Positions 12,151-23,825 of a DNA stretch of 64,000 nucleotides are shown one piece after another. The position numbers were made by a program, and so were the translations under genes. The DNA is taken from assembly GCA_010405405.1 (NCBI GenBank), contig MU004245.1:437256-501255 (forward strand). The letters are read 5' to 3'. Source of the stretch: Microthyrium microscopicum. Lineage: Eukaryota. Under the pieces are notes generated by a model. It was not told where the DNA came from. It did no database searches and saw only the letters and a list, made by a program, of their open reading frames with translations. Every line of letters starts with the position of its first letter. Position 1 is the stretch's first letter.

Positions 12151-14408
12151 ATGGCGACTCGACGCAACGCGGACCGAACTGAAAAAGCACCCAGTAATCT
12201 CAAAGCATCTGCGCCAAACGTCAGCGTTCGACACGACTGGACTCCCGCAGAGACGGCCTGCCTGCTTCTTTGGTCTGAAGCGTGTGAAGACAGGGATGAG
12301 GACTTCCTTGACACTGTGCTTGGCCATTTGCAAGAAAATTTCCCAGAACAAACCTTCAATCAAAAGACAATCATTCGCAGACTGGTAACTGTTTGGAAAG
12401 GCGCCGGACGGTCCAGAACAACTGCGGATGACACAAAGTCAGAAGGAATCAATTGGCTAGATTGGACGAAGTTTCGTGCCAAGTATCCAGCGGTGCATGC
12501 GGAGCTTGAGGCTAGACGAGAGGCATATGCTCGATCTCAAGCTCAAGCCTCCTCAGAACAATCATCAGATTCGGGTTTGGAAGGAGACTCGCCAGAAGAA
12601 GCTACAGAAAGCGGCCCATCGGGTCAGATGTCCAAGTCTTCCAAGCGCAAAAGCCATGTCTTCGAAACTGAGCACGAATCACTCAACGTGAGTGGACAGA
12701 TTGCCACAGTCTTTGGAAAAAGAATTGTACTAACTTCACGTACTAGGAACCGGCACCAAAACGCCTACGAACTCGCAGTGAACCGGCTGAAGCCCGGAGT
12801 CAAATTCTTGGTACCAAACCCTCGCAATCTGCTTCACACGAAACGCCTGCGAGCCCCAAGACCGTGGCTCCCAAACGTACCATTCAAGATGTCGACACGG
12901 ACAGTCAACTTTCTGAAGTAAGCACGCCTCCGATTCAACAAAGTTTGCACGAATTGGCTGACAAGATCTAGGAACCCGGCCCGAAACGCGTACGATCTGC
13001 GGATTCCACACCCAAGCCTGCTCCTCAGATCATGGCCTATAAGCCACAGAATCAGAATACTTCGGACTCTACAGCGGTAGGTGGCCCAAGCCAGCATGTT
13101 CCTACTGCAGCGAGTTCCTCCTTTCAACGAAAAACTGCTCAAACGTCCAAGATTGGACTATCTGACCTCGAAAAACAGCTAAAGGTTGAAAATCGCCGCC
13201 TGAAGACATCCCTAGCGAGCGCAAACATACGCGTGTTCGAATTGGAGAAGAAGCTGCAGAGATACGAAAGATACGAACGGTTTGAGCACGATACTGAAAG
13301 ATTTGCGAAAAACTACACGCCGAGCTCAGCCGGAGCAGCCGACGACCTACAAAAGTCTTATCAGGAACAGAATTCTCTTTTGGACCAGCGGAGAGAACAC
13401 CGACAGGTCTGTCCTCTGCAAAATTCAAGATTCACTCAATACTTGGATTTTGCGACATATCGTGCCGATTTTTTTGGAATTCAGCAACACCAAGAGTCTG
13501 CTTTTGAGAGAGAATTCACGGTGGAGACTCCGCAAACTCCTTTGACTTTGACTAGTTTCTACGATATTGACCTGTTCCTCAAGGACTATGGTCTCGTTAC
13601 GGGTCAAAGTGATTGGAGTCGTGTTTTGCGAATGATTAAAGAGATAAAGCCAAGTGCCCTTCTCCGTGCCATCATGAGCCAAATTTTGCGCGAAGAGATC
13701 TTTGAAACTTCTTTCCCGAATGCTGAGTCGACGAGATCAAAAGAGTCAGTGTTCTTGTATGAGATGTTGTTTTCGCAAGAGCGTAAGTCAGCCTCGCCAC
13801 TTCACATGGTCAAAGTACTTACAATTGTCGTAGATGGTTTTGCGTCGGTGTACAATCACGACTCCCTTCTTCAAGCGCACTTAGTCAAGAGCAAGTCTTT
13901 CAACTCTGACATTCTTCCCTCTCGAGCACAAGAGGTAATGGCCACCTTTCTTGAGAAGTTGCAAGAACTTTTCCCAGATACCAACGTGGATGCTTTCTCC
14001 GAAATCAACTTGAGGCTGTGCCAGTCGGTCACAGAGGAGTGTCTGAAGCTCAAAAGTGAGCTCAATCTTACACGACGACAATTTGAGCTACGCTCCTATC
14101 CAATGGATACGGCCTTTGATGCAAGCTGTATGCGAGCACAGACTGCCGAAGGAATTCCTCTAGGTATGCAACAAGCTGAGGACCTTAAAGGTGCCAAGGT
14201 CAAGCTTTGTTTGTTCCCAGCAATCTACGTCTATCCCCCAGATCTTTCGGTAAAGGCAGCAATGTCATCGGAGGACAAAGACTATGGTAATCATGATCTA
14301 CCAATGCACAGAGCAATGGTTCCACTCCAGTGTTTCGCCCAGTCACTCACTGCGGAGGAGAAGAAAAAAGGAATCTTGATGGAAAAAGGGATGGTAGTAT
14401 TGCAGTAG
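12151..14408 (+). CDS. Uncharacterised protein: Myb/SANT-like N-terminus, coiled coil, C-terminal GrpE/MIEAP-like domain (inferred); 3 exons
   Basis: Exon 1 is 12151-12687. Intron 12688-12746 (GTGAGT..CTAAC..TAG) joins in frame to the 13032 ORF, and intron 13783-13833 (GTAAGT..TAG) follows. Heptad segment LSDLEKQLKVENRRLKTSLASANIRVFELEKKL. Clear paralog at 62657-64000. Confidence 0.8.
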
Positions 14409-15080
14409 TTTCGAGGGTACTATATTGTTCAGAGGCCGTTTCGGAAGGTATATATTATATTTTAACAGTGCAAACTGTTGTCTCCTACGGAGGCTGAAAA
14501 ATGGGGTCGTCGGCCGATTATTGGGCAGTGGGATTTTGTCGTTTCTTATGAAAAGGTTTACATCAGTTGATTCTTCCGCATTTATATACAGTCAGTTTTC
14601 ATAATCGTATATCAATCAATAATTCCTTTCGGGTAAAAGATGCTGCTGCGTACATGAAACTGCTTCATTGTATATGTTTACCACTGTCTCGAGGCAACCA
14701 ACTTCTTTAGCAGATATTTTCGAATCAAATCTGAACATCGGCGCTGGGAGGCATTACACAATCATCTAATTCTGTTCCTTGCACCAGCTAGCCCCCTGAC
14801 TGAGAAACCACTCTAGAGAACAACGGACGCTTCCGAGACATATAACCTATGCTGGCGGCATGGTAGCCTACATTCTCTGTAGCCAGTGTTTGCTTCAAAC
14901 GCTCTATTTAGGGTGTGAGAGCTAGTGGTCAACAAGACTTGTTATATGGCAAAGGATAGAGTTAGATCATGATATCGAGCATTATATGGTATTGAATTGA
15001 ACCCCAAGAGAGAATGAGTAGCCACCACAAGCCAAAGTTGAACGATGGGGCAGGAGACTAAAGCGTTGATTATGATGCCT

Positions 15081-16194
15081 TCACAAGCTCATTTCGCGGT
15101 CCTCTAGCAACGTCTCCAGCAGATTATCGTATGCAGCCACGAGATTTTCTGTCATGATATTGTGATCATAAAAGCCTTTGACTTTGCATGGCATGCCCTA
15201 CGACTCAAACTCAAGCACTCCTGGAGTGCCAAAGCAAGATGCTCAGCATCCCGCTTCTCAACGACTCGTCCACAGGTTCCCTCAATGAGCGTCGGAACGA
15301 CGCCAGTTCTGAAGGCAGCGACGGGGGTTGCGCCAACCAGTGCCTCAACCACAATAAAACCGAAGGTCTCGTCTGCATGAGAAGATATAATCAGCACGCT
15401 AGCCTTGACGTACCACGTGGACAGCTGGCGAGAATCCAGATGACCGAGGTCAACGACGTCGGGTCCAAGTAAATGTTCTATCTCTGCTTGCCAGTAGATC
15501 GGATTCTGTCTTTGTCCAGCGAAGTACAGCGGAATCTTAGCAGAGCGCTTTTAATCGCGTCGTGAAGGCCTTTTGGTGGGACAATGCGTCCAGCCCAAAA
15601 TGCGAACTTTACACCGCTACGGATTTTGTGTTTGTACACGAAGCTCTCAAGGTCGATAATACTGAGAACTACACCAGCTCCACGAAGAACGCCGCTCCAT
15701 AGGTCAACCGCAGCGTAAGACACACCGATGAATCTAATTTGTTTCACGATGGCAGTGTCTCGAACCGCTGCAGTATAAGCATTCAGCTGTGGCCGGAGAG
15801 GCATACAGTGCAAGACTGATACTGTTGGGACCCCATTTTCAGCACAACGACGGAGCGGAATCGCTTGTACCGAATTGCTGTGGATGATGACAAACTTGCC
15901 GTCTTGGATCAGCTCCATGACTTTCTCATACATGGCATCTCGATGTGCACGAGCGGCAGTATTCTGCTCCGTGGTGCCCATTACGCAAGTAGCAACACCC
16001 CCTGGCATGTACCTTAATGGGGCAGTAACTTCGACAACATTAAAAGAGGTGTCAGAGCTCGCTGCCGCGTACAGGACCACATCATGGCCGAGACTTTGAA
16101 ATGTTTTGACCAGTAGATGCGTATTCATCTCCACACCTCCAGGGTATGGTTGGCGAATTGGGAAGGTCAGCTGGGTGATGACAGCGACCCTCAT
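15081..16194 (-). pseudogene. Intronless bacterial-type GT4 (GT-B fold) glycosyltransferase with two frameshifts
   Basis: MRVAVI..PYPGGVE..GHDVVLYA, then FWAGRIVPPKGLHDAI. A frame switch at about 15541 gives AKIPLYFAG..YWQAEIEHLLGPDVVDLGHLD..DETFGFIVVEALVGATPVAAF (E-x7-E intact). A second switch at about 15170 gives YDHNIMTENLVAAYDNLL..* (stop 15081). No intron signals at either switch. Confidence 0.85.
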
Positions 16195-17209
16195 CGTAAG
16201 AGTGTTGCGATGTTTGGGGATATGAAAACGAGATTTCTCAAGCGATAAGTGTTTTTGCGTTAGGCTGGTTTCGAAATTGATATGCGATCGATGTTGGTTA
16301 GGTTTTGAAAGATGTAGATCTGATGTGGCAATTTGGAAAAGACCGTTGCTTCATTTGGTGGTTAGGTATGTATAGCTTGCTCCCAAAGTCGGTTACAAGG
16401 CCGTTGTACCTGGTGACTGAACGTAAACTTCACGGTCATGTATGACTTGTCCAAGAATAACTTGCCGTTTGGATTGTTGAGGCTACAAAAATTTACAAAC
16501 AGGGGGTGTTTGCACTATACCTAAACAAATCTATCGGAATGTCAGGTATTGAGAAGAGAAACGAAGGACTATAGTGCTATGCAATGATGCTTATGATAAC
16601 ATCATATCCATGATTCACCAAAGCCATAAGATACTTGCTAAGCAATCTATTAAGTATACTTTGTGCACTTATATAATTTATTGAGCTTTAACTTGTTTTG
16701 CCCAATTAAGCTTGGAACACTGGCATACTAATAGCGCCCGTTGTGATATCTAACAAATGTCAAGTTCTAGCGGAGCCAATCAATCCGTTTAGCAAAAGCG
16801 TTTGGAATGCCAACAGAGCTTTACTTCTCATCCGTACACGGTTGTAAGCAAAAATCTTACTGTCAGTAAATGGGTTAGGAACCAATACAGCATTTCTAAG
16901 TATATCATTTCATGATGTTTTGGGTTTAACCGCTGTTTGGAAGAACAACTTCGCCCAAATCCTTACCAACCGTTGACATGGTTAAGACTGCTCGCTAGCA
17001 AGCTTAACGTACCATAATATCATCTCTTCACACGCTACTGTACAGAGCTAGCATATAGTGAGATCTGGCTTCTAATTTTCCACAACTAAGCAGCAACATA
17101 CAATCTCCTTCCCGCTCATGACCCAGATATACGGCCCAGTCACCTCTCAAAGTCCAACAGATTGGCTGTGTCAAAACCGCATTTGACTTGTTCCCTTCCA
17201 ACCTACAAA

Positions 17210-17845
17210 ATGGACCGCAATCCTTTCCTTCGAGTACCCACTGAAGTCCGACTAATGATCTTCAACCACCTTCCCCTCGCCCCCGACTACTTCAGCATGA
17301 TTTGCGCCAGTAAAGAAACTTGTGCAGAAGCTATCGAAGCCTTCTATTCATCCAGCACATTCCGTATCTCCCTCGGGGAGTCCATAACCATATCAACCAG
17401 AGGCTCAGACTCAGGCTCAGAGTCAAGAGTCAAATACACAAAGCCATATTCCGACTTACAACAGACTCCGTATCTCAAACTAATCCGCCATCTCGATGTT
17501 GAAATCGACTGCATTATGAGGGTGGACTCAGATGCCAGCACATTTTTTCCAGACCGATATATACTTGTTGAAGAAGTGGCCGAGCGTATCCGGAACATGT
17601 CTCTGTTGAAAACCCTGCGAGTTTTCCCAAACTCTTCGTGCGCTTCATCAGAGATAATGAGTATGGCACACGAGGGCGATGGAGATATATTTCGTACGGC
17701 AGTGCGTCTTTGTGAACCGCTAGTGGATCTTTTACCGCCAAAATGTAGAGTTATGTCTCTACTAGCGTATCTTAGATATTTGGAAAAAAACGAGAGGGAA
17801 TTGAAAATTCAGAGAGTGGTTCGAAATATGCCTCCTGTTGGCTAG
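17210..17845 (+). CDS. Fungal hypothetical protein with N-terminal F-box-like motif
   Basis: MDRNPFLRVPTEVRLMIFNHL followed by ICASKETCAEAIEAFYSSSTFRI, the common fungal LPxEIRxxIY..L(L)xxCR..EA..FY pattern. Confidence 0.7.
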   Translation: MDRNPFLRVPTEVRLMIFNHLPLAPDYFSMICASKETCAEAIEAFYSSSTFRISLGESITISTRGSDSGSESRVKYTKPYSDLQQTPYLKLIRHLDVEIDCIMRVDSDASTFFPDRYILVEEVAERIRNMSLLKTLRVFPNSSCASSEIMSMAHEGDGDIFRTAVRLCEPLVDLLPPKCRVMSLLAYLRYLEKNERELKIQRVVRNMPPVG

Positions 17846-17943
17846 AGAGCCTCAGTCCTGATCTAGCCATTAATGCACACCGAGACAGCGGTTGCCAAAG
17901 ATATCGTCGTCAGTCTCCTGTCATCGCCATTTCCACCATTCCA

Positions 17944-18306
17944 TCAACTCAAAGCAGCAACCATCCCAATAGCCGCTAACATTCCCCACTGCGGTGCCAT
18001 CGGCCTTCCATCTCTCTTCGCCACTATCGTCCCTGGTACGACTACACAAATCATCGCCGCACACGAAAGCAGCCGCCAACGAGGCAACAGGAACCCAACA
18101 CCCAGCATCACGCGCATCGCCGCACCGCCAAAGCCCGCAGACTTTGGGCTAATTCGGCCACCTGTTAGATCGGAGAGCCAGATGTTCTTTTGTGCATAGT
18201 AGCTTGCGGCCCGCTGGGACGGAAACGGGATGGACAGCAGCGGGAGCGCGGAGAGAATGCAGAAGCCGCCGAAGACGTGCGCTGGGATGGATCTAAGAGG
18301 TGTCAT
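17944..18306 (-). CDS. Small multi-pass membrane protein, hypothetical
   Basis: 120-aa ATG-initiated ORF with 3-4 hydrophobic segments, preceded on its own strand by a pyrimidine/CA-rich leader. Confidence 0.6.
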   Translation of the reverse strand: MTPLRSIPAHVFGGFCILSALPLLSIPFPSQRAASYYAQKNIWLSDLTGGRISPKSAGFGGAAMRVMLGVGFLLPRWRLLSCAAMICVVVPGTIVAKRDGRPMAPQWGMLAAIGMVAALS

Positions 18307-18773
18307 TTGGATATTAGTATGCTGAAAAATTGATGGTGTTTGTTGATGAGTGGTGTTGATGGGATGAAGTTACGGTACAGTGGTGGATCGACAGATCGAA
18401 GACGCAAGGGTACAGGGAAGATTATGCGACTTTGGCAGATATGGATTTTTCTGACGCGTTAAAAGATTAAGTTGACTTCAAAATTTATACAGAGATGCAT
18501 CATGTTTATTGGTCCTTATTCTAGTATTAAGGATCTTATAACTGCGAAATCAACTTTGGATCATGTTTCAAGAGGAATGGAGTTGTAGGTCGGGTACTCT
18601 ATCGTTAGCCAAGCATATGCAGAGATGATAGCTGGGTATTCATTTAGTAGCACAATATTATACAGTCTAAACTTTTCAATCCAGTGCCATGGTGCTTCCA
18701 ACAAATGCGTCCAGACAATGCATGATATTAACATAATATGCAAAACAGCCAACGATTGGCCATGATCGACCCT

Positions 18774-19352
18774 CTAGTACAATCGACATATAGCTGTGCC
18801 ACCCAGTTGTCTCTGCAGCGCCTGTCTCGACTCCAATATGCCAGCTGTCGTACTGAGAAACAGCAACTCTCCAGGTCTTTCCAATCCCTCCACCTGAGCA
18901 GTCTTCCGCCCCTTAACAATCCATCTCAGCTGCTCTAACGACAATTCCACATTATGCTTGCTAGGCTTGCTAATCATCTTGATTTTCCGTATCACGGGCT
19001 CGTTGTAAAAGTATTTGAGGCCAACCCATATCCGTCTGTCAGCCGGATTTCTTGGTGGTTCTTGGTATGTTCTGTCCGGAGTTGTGCGGTCTGTTGGATC
19101 TGGGTATGCATCCCAAGGGCTATCTATGAGACGGTTCGCGAGCTCGACTCGATCTTTGGGATCGATTTCCTCGAATGGGTTGGGTGGTTTCTTGCCTCCG
19201 ATTTCGACGCTTTCTAGTATCCCTTGGTGTTGTAGGGCGAGTGCGAACTTGAGATGTGGTTTCGTGTATGGCATGGACGTCATGCCGAGCCGGACTCTCG
19301 AGCAATTGACTAGATTTGAGCACACGTGTGCCCAGTTGTGTAGTGATGGCAT
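18774..19352 (-). CDS. MRPS8: Mitochondrial ribosomal protein uS8m
   Basis: AHVCSNLVNCSRVRLGMTSMPYTKPHLKFALALQHQG, RRIWVGLKYFYNEPVI..ISKPS and GELLFLSTTAGILESRQALQRQLGG are fungal uS8m signatures. Confidence 0.95.
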   Translation of the reverse strand: MPSLHNWAHVCSNLVNCSRVRLGMTSMPYTKPHLKFALALQHQGILESVEIGGKKPPNPFEEIDPKDRVELANRLIDSPWDAYPDPTDRTTPDRTYQEPPRNPADRRIWVGLKYFYNEPVIRKIKMISKPSKHNVELSLEQLRWIVKGRKTAQVEGLERPGELLFLSTTAGILESRQALQRQLGGTAICRLY

Positions 19353-19907
19353 TGTGAAGGAGTGTAGGGATGAGATGCGGCAAAGCAGTGTATTGCGCCG
19401 CAGCGCGCGATACTTGAACTGGGGGCCAATGCGAAGGTCGGTTCAATGCGCGGGGAAATGTGTCTCGAGATTGTGGCGGGATGGCAATGGTGATTCAGAA
19501 GAGTCTGATATGTCGAGAATTGTTGGTGATAGACATGGTGTAGGAGTAAAAAAAAGCTAAGGCGACCTTTTCGGGCCTGGGGCTGCAGGGCGAGAACCAT
19601 GCGAGTGGGCTGTGCGACCTCCGATTGGCTGGGCTGCCGCTGGGCTTTGGGAGCTCTGCTGCTTTGCAGCAAAAGGGAGACGCGGTCTGCTATTTCGGGT
19701 CTCTTCTCTTATGCTTGACTCTGCTTCTTTCTTATTTCTCTTCTTGCTCTGATCTTCTCGCTATCTGTCTCTTTTTGGTTCTTGTATAACTTTGATTTGC
19801 GCCCGCGCGTTGGTTATAGCCAAAAGGGACTGCTCTACACTCCAGGAACATCACCACCACGAGGGGCATTGCTTACGGAAATCGGAGAAAGCCCATCTTT
19901 TCTCGCA

Positions 19908-21616
19908 ATGCCTTTGCTCCAAGGAGAAGTGCTACTTCTGACACTGTAAGTTGCTACAAGATGAAACAAATCATTGTTGCTGACAGAAATCTAGATATGC
20001 GGATTGTCACTTCTACTTCTCTGCGCCAAACACCAAACCTCTACACGATCGATTTGACAGGAGATCCTATGTCTACTTGTACCATGACGCGTTGAACCGG
20101 AGAGGTCGGCTGGAAGTTGCTAATCATGCCGGGACTCCGGATCAAGATGCCTTCAATGGCTGTATGTCAAGGCTCGACGACTACTTGAGCGCATTGCTGA
20201 CACCACCCAGATCTCGACTCGGCTGACATTGAGTACTCCTACAAACACCCTACTCTGTTTACCATTACGGTTCATGGGCGCATTCTGTCAAATACAACTC
20301 CAGTACCAAGCCCTCAGCAGGATGTCTCTCAATGGCATCTTCCATCCCTCGATATCCGAAACGAGAACAAGTACCTGCACAAGATCCATACTACAGACCT
20401 GTACTTTTGGACGGTCGAAGACTCGGGTCTATTCTTGGACTCACTTAAGCGTGTACTTGCTCCAGGGCAACTTCGAATTCTAGATGCAAACTCTACCCAC
20501 CCAGAGCATCGGGACAGCATGAGTCCAGTGGTACAACAACTAGAAAAAGTTGCGATTGGTACGCCCACCTTTGCTCAACCTCCTCGCAGTAATAGTATTA
20601 GTACTACCCATACTAACAACTCTACTGTTCCTGCAAATGGCCAAACTCCAGTCTCGCCGCCTTCCTCTCCTCCGGTCGAACAACAAGTACCTGGTTTTGC
20701 CCCAGCAGCTTACAATCCAGCAGCACCAGCAGCACCAGAGCCAATTGCGCATCGAGAAAAGACCCCACCTCCGCCAGATGCCGAGACGGGTACTGGCTTG
20801 GGCGCAGCCGCAATGCATGACCATCCAGCGGCAATGCATCAGCAACAACAGTACATGAACAATCCTCTTCAGCAGTCGTTTGCCCCTCAACCGACAGGTG
20901 GCATGTACAATCCAGGGGGACTCTCAATCTCGCCTCAGCCAGGAATGCACGGTGGCCACTCCATTTCTCCGCAACCTGGCATTCAACGAGCAAACACGAT
21001 GGGCCAGCATCCCCCACAACCCATTGGAATTCCTGGTCCACCATCTGCAGTTGGCATGCCGCCGCAATCACCATATGCTCCATCGTTCGGTCCACCACCA
21101 ACCGCAGCAACACCATCATTCGGCCCACCTCCAACAGTAGCTACCGGAACTCCGCAAAATGACCCCAACTCGCAGTTTATGCCTCAACAGCAGCACACGC
21201 CAGTCCAGCACGCAACACCAAATCAAGGACTGCAACGCACAAACACGCTTCCCTTCCAGGGAACTGGATATCCAGCCCAACAACCACAATATGCCGCCGC
21301 GCCTAGCACACCCAGCTTCGGTCCCGGCGCAATGCCATCGCCCGGAATCTTCCCTGGTGCACCACAAGCAGCCCAGCCATTCAACCCAACAGCTGGTCAG
21401 CAGCAGGTGAACAACTACGGTTATGGCGTACCCGGTCAAGGGGTCCAACATGGCATGCATCAACAAGTGTACATCCCCGAAGGCATGGGCGAGAACGCGA
21501 AGCCAGCCCAGGCGGGTGGTGGACAACCTGCTGCGACTGGTGGGTTCGAGCAGCGCATGGGTAAGGTGGAGAAGGGAGTTGGCAGATTCTTGAAGAAGTT
21601 GGATAAAAAGTTCTAG
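19908..21616 (+). CDS. Conserved fungal hypothetical protein with a globular N-terminal domain and Pro/Gln-rich C-terminus; 3 exons
   Basis: ATG 19908 MPLLQGEVLLLTL, intron, YADCHFYFSAPNTKPLHDRFDRRSYVYLY..LEVANHAGTPDQDAF, intron, then the long 20435 ORF with AYNPAAPAAPEPIAHREKTPPPPD and C-terminal KVEKGVGRFLKKLDKKF. Confidence 0.8.
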
Positions 21617-21940
21617 CTGACGGCTTGTAATGGCGGTGATATGTTGATGATGTGATGAAATGGTCGACGTGGTTGTAATGGTTTCTAGTACGCTCGCTTT
21701 GTATATTGTAATTTGTCGATATAGTGGTTGATGTGTAGCGCCTTTTGTAGCGTGGCGTTGGGTTGATATATGAGAGATTTGTTTGGCTGTTCAATGCTCG
21801 TGTCTCGAAATGGTGTATATTCATACTTGCTTCCATTGAGTTGCCGTCCATTGAGCTTTTCGTGGTACTTGATAAACCGTAGTCATAGTGACAATCGAAG
21901 CTTGTAGCGATCATCGATGCATGCATTTGTGGTCGAGAAC

Positions 21941-22915
21941 TCATCCGTCCTTCTTTTTACTGCCAGAATTTCGCTTCTTGGACTTGGGCGATGTAGATGG
22001 GCTCATCTTCGGACCCTTCGCCGTCTTCTTTCTCTCGGCATCCGCTGATCTCTGGTTCTCCACTCCGTCTCCATCGCTATTCTTAGTACCCATCACGTCC
22101 CTCCAAGTCAACCGCGTCAACGTCCCCTCCTTGACACTAATCTCCTCCACCCGCCGCCGAACGAGCGGCCATATATGCGGATACCGCGAATTGCCCACAA
22201 CACGCGTTGGGGGCACGCGATACTGCGCCGACTCATATTGAAACCGGAGAGAGTCTACGTACGTGTTCAGGCCCTTAAACTTATCCTTATTGAAGAAGCG
22301 CTTTCCTGCCTTCTCCGCCTTCCTTTGATGCGCGCTCAACCCCTGCGCTGTCCGCCAGAGGTCCGGCCTTACAGCACGCAAGTCTGCCAGTTTCACAGTC
22401 TCCATCTTCTGGCTTCCAAGTAAACCACCAATGCCTGTGAACATGAGCTCCGCATCACGAGGGAGAGTCGTCGCGTAACGTTTCAGACTCTCTGCGCTCA
22501 GACGCGCAGTGCGCGGAAGCACTAGATGAGCATGGGCGACGTGCGAAGCGGTGTAGAAGTTGTTAAAGTACGCGTAGGCGGCGGCGGGTAGTATGGCCAT
22601 TAAAGCGGGCAGATAGTGGTCATTGAATATACTGGCGATACAATATATAGGGCCAAAGTAGTTGGAAAGTCTTTGCAGACCGACGCGGGCATTTGAAGAG
22701 GGGGGTTGTTCGTAGATGAGGAGGAGGCGTGGGTATTCTGAGAGTCTGTTAGACGATCTGTCTGTTTAGGTATGTATGGGGGATGGAGGGTGAGCTGTAC
22801 TGTAGAGGAAGCTGTTAGGGTCGTGTGCATCTCTGGGATCGATGCGGCGACGGCCGTAGCTTTTGATGGGATGGCGAATAATTTGGCGTATTCGAGACCA
22901 GGTTGACGGGGGCAT
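21941..22915 (-). CDS. Hypothetical membrane protein, possibly mitochondrial; 2 exons
   Basis: Exon 1 (Arg-rich MPPSTWSRIRQIIRHPIKSYGRRR..FLY) splices through a GTACAG..CTAAC..CAG intron at about 22800-22738 to KYPRLLLIYEQPP.., in frame with the MAILPAAAY ORF. Confidence 0.6.
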
Positions 22916-23825
22916 TGCCGGAGAAAATGAGTGTGGTTAGGCCATTGGCGATGATTCGTTCTGGTGGTGATGTGAAGTTGAGAAAAATATGTGCCAGGGT
23001 CTCGCTGCATGGTTGAGAGGTCGAAGATCCAAGCTTCTGATCAAATGGTGTGCAGCAATTAGCTTGATCGGATGAACGATCGTCTATATTTACTAGTAGT
23101 AGAGTAATCTCGGATTCCGAATCATGAATTGAAAAGTTTTCATAGTGACAGTATGTAACATACATGTAAAAACCTTGGAAGCTTCAAGCTTCTAATGATG
23201 ATGCTAACTGACCTCGAAAACATACACTCAAAGCAGGGCAGCAGCGTGCGCTACTCCTCGCTCTTTGTCTTTCGATAGAAGGGTAAAAACTCAGATAATG
23301 TTACAAACATGTCGACTTTGACTGACGACTTGTCTTCACCAAACAGGTAGGCTGCTACATAAATCGGATGCTGAACGAAATAGTCAATAAGGCTAAGCCA
23401 GATTCGGCGCCGAGCACAGGCTAAAAGTGCTGATGTGCTCAGCAAAAGGCGGATATTGGTGACGCAAAACGTACCCTACATCCGGCTGAGCATCATTATC
23501 ATGGCTTTCCGCCCCAAGACTCATACAGACAGCCGCACTCAATGAAAACCGTGACGTCGAAATTTCGAATGCCCTTTGGCTTTTGACTTCTTGCTTACTA
23601 TGCTGATGTTCTCACTTTCTTCAACGGATTGGATTGTTTTGCGCCAGGCAACATTTTGGCAATGGTATATAAATGCTGGCTTGGTCTGGAGGATGGGAAA
23701 TCTTTTTCATAACCAAATATACAAACTATTGACATATTGCGTTGTTATAACTCCTTGATATCTAGAATACCTCTTGAAGCACTAACCAGTTGAATACTAC
23801 CTCTCCACCAAATTGTTCTTTTACA

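Noticed and set aside
13783..13833. Reading the 13032-14408 ORF as a single uninterrupted exon
   Set aside because: The 51-nt in-frame segment has a GTAAGT donor, a branch-like CTTAC and a TAG acceptor, and the paralog has a frame-breaking intron at the same position, so it is an intron.
16200..17150. AT-richer gap next to the GT4 pseudogene as a RIP-degraded transposon
   Set aside because: No terminal repeats, transposase or RT remnants were recognisable, and the AT enrichment is modest.
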